DNA of 26,812 nucleotides from a virus. Taxonomy: Duplodnaviria; Caudoviricetes. The stretch covers positions 1 to 26,812 of IMG/VR virus record IMGVR_UViG_3300048116_000023; one strand, 5' to 3'. A program made the translations under genes and the position numbers. The notes beneath the pieces were generated by a model. That model saw nothing but the letters and a program-made list of their open reading frames with translations. It had not been told where the DNA came from and searched no databases. Each line of letters starts with the position of its first letter. The stretch's first letter is position 1. Of the stretch, positions 8,573-17,999 are shown one piece after another.

Positions 8573-8879
8573 TTTAAGAGAGTATCAAATTAAGGCGGTG
8601 GGCTTCGCTATATATCCTGCAACACATAAGGTTCTATACCCAACGTTGGGCTTGTGTGGCGAAGCAGGAGAGATAGCTGAGAAGGTTAAGAAGCAGGTAA
8701 GAGATAATAATTTTAATAGGCATGAAGTAGCGAAGGAACTAGGAGATGTACTCTGGTATCTGGCAAATCTGTCTAACGATATTGGCTATAACCTAGACGA
8801 GATAGCTAACATTAATATTGAAAAGCTTACATCACGTAAGGAGAGAAACAAGATACAGGGATCAGGAGACAACAGATGA
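8565..8879 (+). CDS. mazG: MazG-like nucleotide pyrophosphohydrolase
   Basis: LGLCGEAGEIAEKVKK...KELGDVLWYLA...NIEKL.SR...GSGDNR. Confidence 0.9.
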   Translation: MNSLREYQIKAVGFAIYPATHKVLYPTLGLCGEAGEIAEKVKKQVRDNNFNRHEVAKELGDVLWYLANLSNDIGYNLDEIANINIEKLTSRKERNKIQGSGDNR

Positions 8880-10771
8880 ACAATCACTTACCAACAGACT
8901 ACCAATCATTCATACACAAATCACGTTATGCTAAGTATTATGAGGGTGATGGACGTGAATCGTGGGAAGATACTATTGTGAGATACTCTGCTAATGTAAT
9001 ACGAGACTTGGTTGATCAGAACACTAAGTATGAATTAGAACAAGCAATCTTAGGCTTAGAAGTAATGCCTAGTATGCGCTCTCTAATGACTGCAGGTAAG
9101 GCAGCAGACAGAGACAATACCTGTATGTATAATTGTAGTTACTTAGCTGTTGATGATGTTAAAGCATTTGATGAAGCTATGTTTATCCTACTGTGTGGTA
9201 CTGGTGTAGGCTTCTCTGTAGAACGTCAATCCATATCTAAGCTACCTGAAGTGCCGTTTCTCTGGAACAGTGAAACAAACATTGTTGTAAAGGATAGCAA
9301 AGAAGGTTGGGCTAAAGCGTTACGTCAAATGATTGCATTACTATACAGTGGTGAGATCCCTACGTGGGACGTTTCTAAGGTTAGACCTGCAGGTGCGCCA
9401 CTTAAAACGTTTGGTGGTAGAGCGTCTGGACCTGCTCCGTTGGTAGATCTGTTTAACTTTGTAATTAAGACATTCAAGGATGCACAAAACCGTAAGCTAT
9501 CCTCACTAGAATGCCATGACATCATGTGTAAGATAGGCGAAGTAGTTGTGGTAGGCGGTGTGAGACGCTCAGCGATGATCTCATTATCAAATCTATCAGA
9601 CGACAGAATGCGTCACGCTAAGTCTGGCTCATGGTGGGAGAATGATCCACAACGTGCATTAGCTAACAACTCTGTGTCGTACACTGAGAAGCCTGACAGT
9701 CTATCGTTTATGCGTGAGTGGATGGCGTTAGTTGAGTCTGGCTCAGGTGAACGAGGTATCTTCAATAGACAAGCATCTAAGGTACAAGCGGCTAAGAATG
9801 GAAGACGTGTTTCTGACTATGACTTTGGCACAAATCCATGCAGCGAAATAATTTTGAGGCCGTCACAATTTTGTAATTTAACAGAGGTAGTTGTTCGTGC
9901 AACAGACACACTGGACACCTTATCTGAGAAGGTAAGGCTTGCAACTATACTTGGTACTATTCAGTCTAGCTTCACTAAGTTTCCATACTTACGTAAGATC
10001 TGGACTAAGAATACCGAAGAAGAAAGACTACTTGGTGTGTCTCTAACAGGCATTATGGACAACCCATTGATGACCCTCAAAAACAAAGGATTGGAGAAAA
10101 CTCTTGACCACCTTAAACAAATCGCCGTTACTACTAACGCTACTTGGGCTGAACGCCTTGATATCCCTGTCAGTGCTGCTATCTGCTGTGTTAAACCAAG
10201 CGGTACTGTCAGTCAACTCGTTGACTCTAGCAGTGGGATTCACGCTCGTCACTCAGCCTATTATATTAGGACTGTTCGTGGAGACAACAAAGACCCGTTG
10301 ACAAAGTTCATGATTGATCAGGGTATACCTAATGAGCCAGACGTAATGAAGCCAGATGCTACTACAGTGTTTAGCTTTCCTATGAAAGCTCCAGAGGGTG
10401 CAACAGTTACTGCTGATATGTCTGCCATAGAACAACTAGAGATGTGGTTAGCCTATCAGCGTCACTGGTGTGAGCATAAGCCCAGCGTTACAATCAACGT
10501 AAAGAATGATGAATGGTTCGAGGTCGGTGCATTCGTGTACAAACACTTCGATGAAATGTCTGGTGTATCATTCCTACCGTTTAATGAGCATACGTATCAA
10601 CAAGCACCATACCAAGAGTGTGATGAATCAGCTTACCATAAGATGTTAGGTATTATGCCATCCAATATTGATTGGTCATTGCTCTCTGAGTACGAGAGTG
10701 AAGACAATACATCAGGTAGCCAGACACTAGCTTGCTCTGGAGACGCTTGTGAAATTGTAGACTTAACATAA
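8876..10771 (+). CDS. nrdJ: Class II adenosylcobalamin-dependent ribonucleotide reductase (monomeric RTPR-like)
   Basis: MPSMR, YNCSY, GTGVGFS, GGVRRSA, TNPCSEI (thiyl Cys), FCNLTEV, VKPSGTVSQL, EHKPSVT and a C-terminal CSGDAC redox pair. No small-subunit gene nearby. Confidence 0.92.
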   Translation: MNNHLPTDYQSFIHKSRYAKYYEGDGRESWEDTIVRYSANVIRDLVDQNTKYELEQAILGLEVMPSMRSLMTAGKAADRDNTCMYNCSYLAVDDVKAFDEAMFILLCGTGVGFSVERQSISKLPEVPFLWNSETNIVVKDSKEGWAKALRQMIALLYSGEIPTWDVSKVRPAGAPLKTFGGRASGPAPLVDLFNFVIKTFKDAQNRKLSSLECHDIMCKIGEVVVVGGVRRSAMISLSNLSDDRMRHAKSGSWWENDPQRALANNSVSYTEKPDSLSFMREWMALVESGSGERGIFNRQASKVQAAKNGRRVSDYDFGTNPCSEIILRPSQFCNLTEVVVRATDTLDTLSEKVRLATILGTIQSSFTKFPYLRKIWTKNTEEERLLGVSLTGIMDNPLMTLKNKGLEKTLDHLKQIAVTTNATWAERLDIPVSAAICCVKPSGTVSQLVDSSSGIHARHSAYYIRTVRGDNKDPLTKFMIDQGIPNEPDVMKPDATTVFSFPMKAPEGATVTADMSAIEQLEMWLAYQRHWCEHKPSVTINVKNDEWFEVGAFVYKHFDEMSGVSFLPFNEHTYQQAPYQECDESAYHKMLGIMPSNIDWSLLSEYESEDNTSGSQTLACSGDACEIVDLT

Positions 10772-10786
10772 ACAAAGGCATCAGCA

Positions 10787-11134
10787 ATGAATATTTTATT
10801 AGGACTAGCTCTTACAATACACATGGATACTACAGGTGATTATAACTCGTATCATCCACACATAAGGTTTGAGGAAGGTCAATTCATTGCTGGTGCATAC
10901 TACAATAGTGAAAGAAATATAAGCCCTTATATAGGAGCTAAACTCTCTAATGAGTTAGGCTTCTTTGAATATGGTGTTGTGTCAGGCTATGAAGGCCAAG
11001 CAGGGGCATTACCATACGCAAGATTAGGCTTAACTTTAAGTGAAACAGGGTCACTATTTATTGCACCTGCATTTGAAAAGATATACGGTGAGGTAAGAAC
11101 TGGAACTGTAATTGGATTTGAAATCTTATACTAA
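10787..11134 (+). CDS. Small beta-barrel-like (PagP-like) membrane protein, hypothetical
   Basis: Alternating hydrophobic strands, AGAYYNS..ISPYIG and GVVSGY motifs, C-terminal aromatic residue (GFEILY). Confidence 0.55.
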   Translation: MNILLGLALTIHMDTTGDYNSYHPHIRFEEGQFIAGAYYNSERNISPYIGAKLSNELGFFEYGVVSGYEGQAGALPYARLGLTLSETGSLFIAPAFEKIYGEVRTGTVIGFEILY

Positions 11135-11143
11135 GGGATAAAC

Positions 11144-11389
11144 ATGTATACTATCATAACAAGAGATAACTGTAGCTTCTGTGACATGGCTAAGATGATG
11201 CTAAGAGAGTCTAACATAGCCTACACAGAATATAACGTAGAATCAGGTAGCTCTCAGTGGGTACTAACACTCATAAGACAGGCAAATCATACAACAGTAC
11301 CACAGATTTTTGCTTCTGATGGTAGCTACATTGGTGGTTATGCAGAGCTAAAGAAATTTCTTGGTACTTTTGCTGAGGGCGCTTTGTAG
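11144..11389 (+). CDS. grx: Glutaredoxin
   Basis: CSFC active site, TVPQIF and YIGGY motifs. Close to the RNR gene. Confidence 0.92.
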   Translation: MYTIITRDNCSFCDMAKMMLRESNIAYTEYNVESGSSQWVLTLIRQANHTTVPQIFASDGSYIGGYAELKKFLGTFAEGAL

Positions 11390-11790
11390 TGCAAGGAGAA
11401 CTATTTCAAGATATAGAATCCTTAGAAGAGATAGGTGGAGATACCCAAGTATGTAAAATATGTAGTAAAGAAAAGCACATTAGTTTTTTTCATAAGGCTA
11501 GTACAAATAAAAATAATCTAGATACACGCTGTAAAGCCTGTTTTAAAAAAGACTCTAAATATAGAGTAGAGCTAAGAAAGCGCTATGAACATTTAAAGAC
11601 AAATTTCTGTGAATGCTGTGGTAATACTTCTAATAAATCTTTAGTGGTAGATCACTGCCATGATACTTTAAGATTTAGAGGATGGATATGTCAGTCTTGT
11701 AATCACGGTATAGGCAATTTAGGCGATGACATTAAAGGTGTAGAAAAAGCATTAGAATACTTAAGGAAACATAATGAACAACAATCTTGA
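11389..11790 (+). CDS. Endonuclease VII-family (His-Me finger) nuclease with N-terminal zinc ribbon
   Basis: CKIC...CKAC, then CECCG...LVVDHCH....RGWICQSCNHGIG. GTG start overlaps the grx stop. Confidence 0.85.
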   Translation: MQGELFQDIESLEEIGGDTQVCKICSKEKHISFFHKASTNKNNLDTRCKACFKKDSKYRVELRKRYEHLKTNFCECCGNTSNKSLVVDHCHDTLRFRGWICQSCNHGIGNLGDDIKGVEKALEYLRKHNEQQS

Positions 11791-12487
11791 GCCACTACAG
11801 AAGCCCACACGCTCTAGACGAAAAACAACATACAAGGGTGCAGCAGTAAAGACTACATCAGGTATACTTCCAAGGACAGATAAACAGAAAGATTTAATAG
11901 ACGCTATAAAAAGAAACCAACAAGTCCTGATACTAGGCCCTGCTGGTACTGGTAAAACTTATGTAACAGCTACTTGTGCTGCAGATTTGTACATCACTAA
12001 AGACATAGATAAGATCGTTATAACACGCCCTCACGTAGCTGTAGGTAAAGACATAGGGTTTCTTCCAGGAACACTCGAAGAGAAGGCTCAGCCGTGGGCG
12101 TTGCCCGTCCTAGACGTGCTTATAAAGCATTTAGGTAAGGGTGCTGTAGATACGGCTCTAAAGAGTGGTAATATTGAGGTTGCTACACTAGCGTTGATGC
12201 GTGGACGTAGCTTTGATAATGCGTTTATCATTGTAGATGAAGCACAGAATATTGAGATACCAGAGATTAAGATGCTGTTGACTAGGGTAGGTGAAGGTAG
12301 TACTATTGTGCTTAACGGCGATATCCAACAATCAGATCTAACAAGAATGTCTGGTCTTTATAAGATCATACACTTAGCTAAGAAACATATGTTGAATGTT
12401 CCTGTTGTTGAGTTTGGTATTGAAGACATTGTGCGTAGCGGTATCTGTGCAGAGTGGGTTAAAGTGTTTATGAAAGAAGGCTTATGA
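11774..12487 (+). CDS. phoH: PhoH-family ATPase
   Basis: GPAGTGKT, IVITRP, IGFLPG.LEEK, MRGRSF, IVDEAQN, LTRVG, GDIQQSD, DIVRS. Confidence 0.96.
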   Translation: MNNNLEPLQKPTRSRRKTTYKGAAVKTTSGILPRTDKQKDLIDAIKRNQQVLILGPAGTGKTYVTATCAADLYITKDIDKIVITRPHVAVGKDIGFLPGTLEEKAQPWALPVLDVLIKHLGKGAVDTALKSGNIEVATLALMRGRSFDNAFIIVDEAQNIEIPEIKMLLTRVGEGSTIVLNGDIQQSDLTRMSGLYKIIHLAKKHMLNVPVVEFGIEDIVRSGICAEWVKVFMKEGL

Positions 12488-12687
12488 AGTTAGAAAAAGA
12501 AGCTAAAGATTATGTTAACTCTAAGCAAGAACACTTTGAAGAGATATTACTTTACGAGATACATAAGCTAAAAGTCCACATAAGCAAAAGCCTCTGGGAC
12601 AGTCCTGAGCTAGTTAAAGCTAAAGATTGTCTCACAGAGGCTTCACTGTGGGCTAAGGAGTGTGCTAAGAAACACGGTATAAAGTAA
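12484..12687 (+). CDS. Small helical-hairpin protein, possibly Acb2/Tad1-like
   Basis: ATGA coupling to phoH. SPELVKAKDCLTEASLWA matches the spacing of the S-R-E-x3-A-x3-L-E-E-A-x2-W-A hairpin. The ORF is well supported; the function is tentative. Confidence 0.5.
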   Translation: MKLEKEAKDYVNSKQEHFEEILLYEIHKLKVHISKSLWDSPELVKAKDCLTEASLWAKECAKKHGIK

Positions 12688-12694
12688 TTACTTT
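12681..12694. repeat. 14-bp perfect palindrome AAAGTAATTACTTT at the junction of the convergent arms
   Basis: Read directly. Centred on the abutting stop codons TAA|TTA and overlapping a T6 run (12692-12697). Confidence 0.8.
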
Positions 12695-15600
12695 TTTAGC
12701 TCCTTAAATATAGTAGCTGATGCCTTACCTGCAGAGATGTATTGCTCTATTAGAAGAGCTTCCATAGTGTCTCTTTGATCGGGGTTATTACTGTATTCAT
12801 CCCTAATATAACGTCTAATAGATTCAAAGTCGTCTCCTATATCAGTATATCCATAGCTATCTTTTAAGTAACTAAATCCTATGTCTGCTTTAGTCTTCTC
12901 AGACTTAGGCATAGCTCTATATTTACCTCTTACATAAGCAAAATAATCATCAGAAAAGTCTTTATCTTTAGACATAGCTTCTAGTTGTTCTCTTGCATAC
13001 TCCCTAGTGTTAGTAACAGTTTCTTTAATTTTATCATTAAGAAATACTCTTTGCTCTTCTGTAGTTGCATTTGTGTAATTCGTATCTGTGTCTATATATA
13101 ATTCCATCTCTGCTGCTAAGTTACCCTGTAGAAGTTGCTCTGTAAGTAACGTTACAGGCGTGTTTCTTTCGGTGTAAGGATTATATAACTTAAAAGGATC
13201 TAACTGTAATCTAGTTATTTCTTTCTTTAACTTATTGTTAGGTGCAGTACCTTCAAAGCCTGTCAACTGTTTTAGTATTGGGTTTCTAATACGTAGCGGA
13301 CCTTTACCAAACACATCAAAGCGTATAGGATCATAACCATTTTCTGTATTGTCAGGACCTTTGTTGTACATTGTTTGAAATGTTAACTTAGTTGATGTAC
13401 TAAATAGTTTACCTAAGCTTTGCATAATAGGTGAACCATCATCAACGTCAGGTAAGAACCTTGTAAATCTTTGCATGGTAGACAATGCTATACTACCTGT
13501 AGGTGAGAAAGATGTATCTATGAGAGAAACTGTTCCATCTCGTGTTTCAGGTCTGTATGAAGACTGTGTATCAAACTGACTGTATGCATCTTTAACTACA
13601 GATAAAGGGTATGTGTAAGATGCAAAGTAATCTCCTATAAGATTTAACAAGGGATCAGGATTATCTGTCTCTACAAACTCTATTATTTTTGTTCCTATGC
13701 CTGTTGAAGGTCTAAACTCTGTACCTATAACAAGTGCCTGTGCTTCTTTAAGTAATACACTTGTGTCTTTCATAGGTGCATCATCGTCCATAGCCCTAGC
13801 CGCTAAATTAGCTGCCCAAGCATGTAAAGCCGCAGGGCCTAGTGCCGCTTGAGCATTATATACATTACCCTGACTATCTTCAGCCATGTACCACTCACGC
13901 ATTTTAGCTATATTATCTTTTTGTGCTGCATATAAACCACCAAACATAACAGCGCCTGTAGCAAGCTTAGCAAAAGCTTCATCTTCTATTTGACCTGTAG
14001 GAGAACCAAATACACCTCTTCGCAAAAGCGTTAATCCAGAGTAATCACTTATAAACTTAGCTTGAGAAGCTATATATCTAGGGAAAGGGAATAAGATAGT
14101 AGCACCAGACTTAGTAATACCATCCACTAACCAACTAGCATTCTTTGCTGCTTGAGAAGCTTTCTTATCATACATGTTTGGTAATCTACGTTGGAACGTA
14201 AATGCTAAACTTTCATCTAAAGCTTTGTTAAGAATATCATCAGGCAATATATCTAAGTTACCCTTACCTAGCATATCATACAGAGATGTACCTAGCTCTT
14301 TATTACCTAACTTCTTTAACTCACGATCAATAGTTCCTGCTACAACAGCCTTCTTAAATATGTGATCAGATATAGTGTTGAGTGTGTTTGCATACTTACC
14401 TGCTTTAGATAATAAAGTATTACCGACATAAGCCTGTTCTGCTGTTGCTGCATCATAGAATACCTTACCCATCTTTTCAGGAGATATCTCTGTAAGCATA
14501 GTCATAGCAGTTTCAGCTATATAGTTATCTTTAGTTAAATAATTAAGATTATCTAAAGCTCCTTTAAAGGTTTGTATGGAAGCATCTTTACCCCTTAGAG
14601 CTTTAACTACAGATAGGTTTAACTGATCTAGTACATCTATGCCTGTCATAGCTACACCAAAGATGTTGTTACGCATAGTTGTTGCAGGTTGTGATGTCAT
14701 AAATGCACGTCTAGCAGATTCAATGTCTTTAAACCTACGCCAAGCCTTACTGCCTAGCTTATCTAAGTTTATCGTAGCTAGATCCATTTCTTTTATCTGT
14801 TGCTCTGTCAGGATACCTGTCATACCTGTTTCATACAGAGATTCCATCTTCTCTTTAAACTTTTTAGCATCTAAACTATTAACACTAAACCCAGCGTTGT
14901 TCTTTAAGTTTTTCTGCATTACAAGAGTTTTAGCTGCATCAGATACTTCAGCTGCATATACTGCTGATAACTGTTTAGGTGTAAGAGCATACTTCTCTGC
15001 TATCTCTTTGAATAAGCCATCACCCTTACCTTCAGCAATAGATCGAGCTAGGTACTCAGTTACACGTTCACCTTTCTCAGCTTTAACGCCTAACTTACTG
15101 GCTAGTTCATATGCCGCTGCGCCTAAGCGATGCATTGTTTTCTTGTCAAAACTAGCAACTAAACCTTCAGGCAGTTTATCACTAAGTAAGTCTACCTTTA
15201 AACGCCCACCCTCTTTAACTAAGGTAGGATCTATGGAGTGAAGTAATTTGTCTGTAGTAAACTTGGCTAAACGTTTGTTTTCTGGTGAACCTTTTTTAAC
15301 ACTCTTAAGAGTATTAGCGGCTAATAGTTCTGCATCCTTAATACGTAAAGCTTTTTGTTGTCTACCCATATCAAGTTGATCTACAAGTCTGTCACCACCA
15401 CGTTGTTGTAACTTAGAAGATAAAGCATAACCCGTACCACCTATAAGTCCACTGGCTACTCCTGATAATGCTACGCTACCATAGTTGATATCGTAGTCTT
15501 CACCAATAGGTTTACCTGCTTTAGATTTAATACTCTCTACACCTAGAGACGCTCCTGCTCCGAGTGACCCATCAATACCTGCCGCTAGAGCTGCTCTACC

Positions 15601-16098
15601 CAAAGTCTTATTAGCTACCTTACGTATAGCTTGCTGGGCGGCTAATTTGGATGTCTGTACGGCTGCAGTACCTGTCCCTGCAGTAAGAATACCAGCGCCT
15701 ACAGATAAAGCTGTTGATGGGGCTGTAAGAACGCCTTCAGCATAGTCAAATACTTTAGCACCACCACGGTCAAACATACCTTCACCTTTAGCATTATCAA
15801 AGGCAAAGAGAAGTCTACCGTAAGATTGCTTCTCATTTTCTGCTACCATTTCATCATCTATGTAGTAGTAGTCTTTAGCCATAGTAACTTCATTAGTAGA
15901 TTGTACACGAAAATGTTCTAGTACTTCATCTACAACATCCTCATTACTCCACGTAGAAAGTTCTTCTTCTGTCCATCCTTTACGCTCAGACATAAGAAAG
16001 GTATAAGCATCTGTTAAGAACTCTTTATTTTTACTTAGATCAGAAAGCTTTTTGTCCTGCATATTTTCAGGAGTGTAGTACATGTTTAAATTAGACAT
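12688..16098 (-). CDS. Large internal virion (ejection) protein, 1136 aa
   Basis: Last and largest gene of the virion block. Gly/Ala-rich hydrophobic segments and a mostly helical composition, positionally like T7 gp16. Confidence 0.65.
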   Translation of the reverse strand: MSNLNMYYTPENMQDKKLSDLSKNKEFLTDAYTFLMSERKGWTEEELSTWSNEDVVDEVLEHFRVQSTNEVTMAKDYYYIDDEMVAENEKQSYGRLLFAFDNAKGEGMFDRGGAKVFDYAEGVLTAPSTALSVGAGILTAGTGTAAVQTSKLAAQQAIRKVANKTLGRAALAAGIDGSLGAGASLGVESIKSKAGKPIGEDYDINYGSVALSGVASGLIGGTGYALSSKLQQRGGDRLVDQLDMGRQQKALRIKDAELLAANTLKSVKKGSPENKRLAKFTTDKLLHSIDPTLVKEGGRLKVDLLSDKLPEGLVASFDKKTMHRLGAAAYELASKLGVKAEKGERVTEYLARSIAEGKGDGLFKEIAEKYALTPKQLSAVYAAEVSDAAKTLVMQKNLKNNAGFSVNSLDAKKFKEKMESLYETGMTGILTEQQIKEMDLATINLDKLGSKAWRRFKDIESARRAFMTSQPATTMRNNIFGVAMTGIDVLDQLNLSVVKALRGKDASIQTFKGALDNLNYLTKDNYIAETAMTMLTEISPEKMGKVFYDAATAEQAYVGNTLLSKAGKYANTLNTISDHIFKKAVVAGTIDRELKKLGNKELGTSLYDMLGKGNLDILPDDILNKALDESLAFTFQRRLPNMYDKKASQAAKNASWLVDGITKSGATILFPFPRYIASQAKFISDYSGLTLLRRGVFGSPTGQIEDEAFAKLATGAVMFGGLYAAQKDNIAKMREWYMAEDSQGNVYNAQAALGPAALHAWAANLAARAMDDDAPMKDTSVLLKEAQALVIGTEFRPSTGIGTKIIEFVETDNPDPLLNLIGDYFASYTYPLSVVKDAYSQFDTQSSYRPETRDGTVSLIDTSFSPTGSIALSTMQRFTRFLPDVDDGSPIMQSLGKLFSTSTKLTFQTMYNKGPDNTENGYDPIRFDVFGKGPLRIRNPILKQLTGFEGTAPNNKLKKEITRLQLDPFKLYNPYTERNTPVTLLTEQLLQGNLAAEMELYIDTDTNYTNATTEEQRVFLNDKIKETVTNTREYAREQLEAMSKDKDFSDDYFAYVRGKYRAMPKSEKTKADIGFSYLKDSYGYTDIGDDFESIRRYIRDEYSNNPDQRDTMEALLIEQYISAGKASATIFKELKK

Positions 16099-16100
16099 AT

Positions 16101-17999
16101 TTATTTAGTCCCTATCTTAAGACCTGCGGTATTGGGTTTTATAGATGCCATTATCTTTATTGCCATAGCTTTTTGTGCATCAGGTAATTCAGAGTCTAAT
16201 ATAGAGCGAAGATCAGAAAGAGTAAATCCTATTGCATCAGGTCTTTTTGTTCTTAACTCAGGTCTGCTCTCTTTTATTTTTTGGATAGCTTCATCCATAC
16301 GTTTATCACTTTGTATTCTTGCGTATTCTTTAGAAGACATTACTCTAACTATAGATTCCCATATACTATCTTTAGGGTTAGCATTAAACTGTTCCTTTAG
16401 GTTTGAAGCTTCTTCAGGTTCTAGCTTTTCTTCTATTATCTTCTCTATCTTTAAATCACTAGGTCTAAGTTTAGGGGAAGTCATAATACCTTTATCTTCA
16501 GCCTTTTCCTCTACTTTTGCAACGTTATCCTTTTCTTTGGGTTTGTTAGCAAAATAGTCCTTCGCCATATCACCCCCAATAAAAGACATAACCCCATCCA
16601 TAAAACTTGAATCCTCAAGCTTTCTAAAACCAGGCGCATTTTTTAAGCTACCTTTAGGGTCTAATATCTTTTTCTTAGTAAGATTATCATACCAAGCATT
16701 TTCTTCTTCGTTATACGTAGCGTCTTTAATATCTAAATTAGACAAATCAGAAGCAGGTATATTCTTACCACCTGACACTGCATTTGCTGCTAACCTTTCA
16801 GCTACAGACATGGTAGAAGTATCTGTTGAAATACTTGCAGAAGTATTACCATTTAATAAGGCAGGATTAGGTGATACATTAGACAAAGGATCAACTTTTG
16901 CAGTATCAGAAGATGAATCACTAACAGTACCTAATATAGCATCAATAGTAGTATCATCAATATTACCATTAGCTTTAAAAGCTTCTATAATAAGCCTAGA
17001 TGCACTTCCATTATTTACATTCTTAATGAAGTTATCTACTTCTTCTTTTGTGTTTATTTCTATTGCAATATCTTGTAAGACTGCATTTCTTTTGTTACCA
17101 ATACCAAAGCCAAGATCTAAACCTTGAGAGAGTATCATAGTTTCAAGCTTAGCAAAAGAACTACCTGCTCTTCTAGCTTTTTGTAATCCATTCATTTTGT
17201 CGCCATCAACAGTAAGAACCTTATTTAATCCTTTTTCATCTAGTCTAATATTACCATTAGCATCTAAAGCACCAAAAGATTGTAATATGTCTTTTTCGTA
17301 ACGATTTGAAGTACGTACTAACTGATCCTTATCATACTCAATATCTGGTAAAGTAAAGGGCGAAGCCTGTAACCCTTCAATAGCTGTACCACGTTGGCCT
17401 GGAGTATAGTTCAGTAAGTTTTCGCCTCTGATACCCATGATCTCCATATTATTAACTGCTTCTCTTGCAGATGTTTTAGGATTTAACATTAGCGCACTAG
17501 ATATAGCCTTACCAAAAGAATTAGCTTTATGTTCTTCTGACTTGTTGTTAGGATCTTGTGATAAGTTATACGCATTGTTAGTGAAGATCTTATAGATCAT
17601 ATCTTCTGCAGTAACACCTTGCGGTATCTCAAAGTTTTCAGGTATCTTAAGAGTACCCATAATATCTGCTCTAGATAATTTACCGCCATTAGGCATATTA
17701 TCATACTGCTTTTGCGCTGTGTATATACTCTTGTAAACACTCTCAATGTCTGTATTAGACTGAGCTAAACCAATAAAGTCTTCATTACTTAAACCAAAGT
17801 CTCTCTTAAGGTTATTCATCATTAGTATAGCTGAATCAGCAGAAGCCCTGTCCTTAGCTAAGTAAGGTTCTTTAGCTTTAGCTGTAGCTATCTGTTGATC
17901 TTCATACTTATCAAAACGCTCTTGACGCTCAGATATACCTTTAGCAAACTCATCACCAAAGCCACTTACAAAACCAGATAAAGCTGCACCCTTAAACAT
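16101..17999 (-). CDS. Putative internal virion protein, 632 aa
   Basis: N-terminal GFVSGFGDEFAKG amphipathic segment followed by a coiled coil, typical of podophage ejection proteins. Strong SD. Confidence 0.6.
   Translation of the reverse strand: MFKGAALSGFVSGFGDEFAKGISERQERFDKYEDQQIATAKAKEPYLAKDRASADSAILMMNNLKRDFGLSNEDFIGLAQSNTDIESVYKSIYTAQKQYDNMPNGGKLSRADIMGTLKIPENFEIPQGVTAEDMIYKIFTNNAYNLSQDPNNKSEEHKANSFGKAISSALMLNPKTSAREAVNNMEIMGIRGENLLNYTPGQRGTAIEGLQASPFTLPDIEYDKDQLVRTSNRYEKDILQSFGALDANGNIRLDEKGLNKVLTVDGDKMNGLQKARRAGSSFAKLETMILSQGLDLGFGIGNKRNAVLQDIAIEINTKEEVDNFIKNVNNGSASRLIIEAFKANGNIDDTTIDAILGTVSDSSSDTAKVDPLSNVSPNPALLNGNTSASISTDTSTMSVAERLAANAVSGGKNIPASDLSNLDIKDATYNEEENAWYDNLTKKKILDPKGSLKNAPGFRKLEDSSFMDGVMSFIGGDMAKDYFANKPKEKDNVAKVEEKAEDKGIMTSPKLRPSDLKIEKIIEEKLEPEEASNLKEQFNANPKDSIWESIVRVMSSKEYARIQSDKRMDEAIQKIKESRPELRTKRPDAIGFTLSDLRSILDSELPDAQKAMAIKIMASIKPNTAGLKIGTK

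Noticed and set aside
8127-8879. Modified-base (e.g. dZ) pathway suggested by MazG plus PolA
   Set aside because: No PurZ, DatZ or other base-modification enzyme is recognisable here. MazG is common in marine phages.
3322-10771. Introns or inteins in polA or nrdJ
   Set aside because: Both frames are continuous and of normal length, with no intein splice motifs seen.
1032-10824. Numerous 60-91 aa minus-strand or nested ORFs in the left arm
   Set aside because: They lie almost wholly within well-supported replication genes and show no recognisable motifs.
14639-15241. 200-aa + strand ORF, plus similar ones at 16132-16557, 16810-17127 and 24855-25274
   Set aside because: Antisense shadows of long minus-strand genes, with Ser/Leu/Pro/Val-rich reverse-codon composition and no recognisable motifs.
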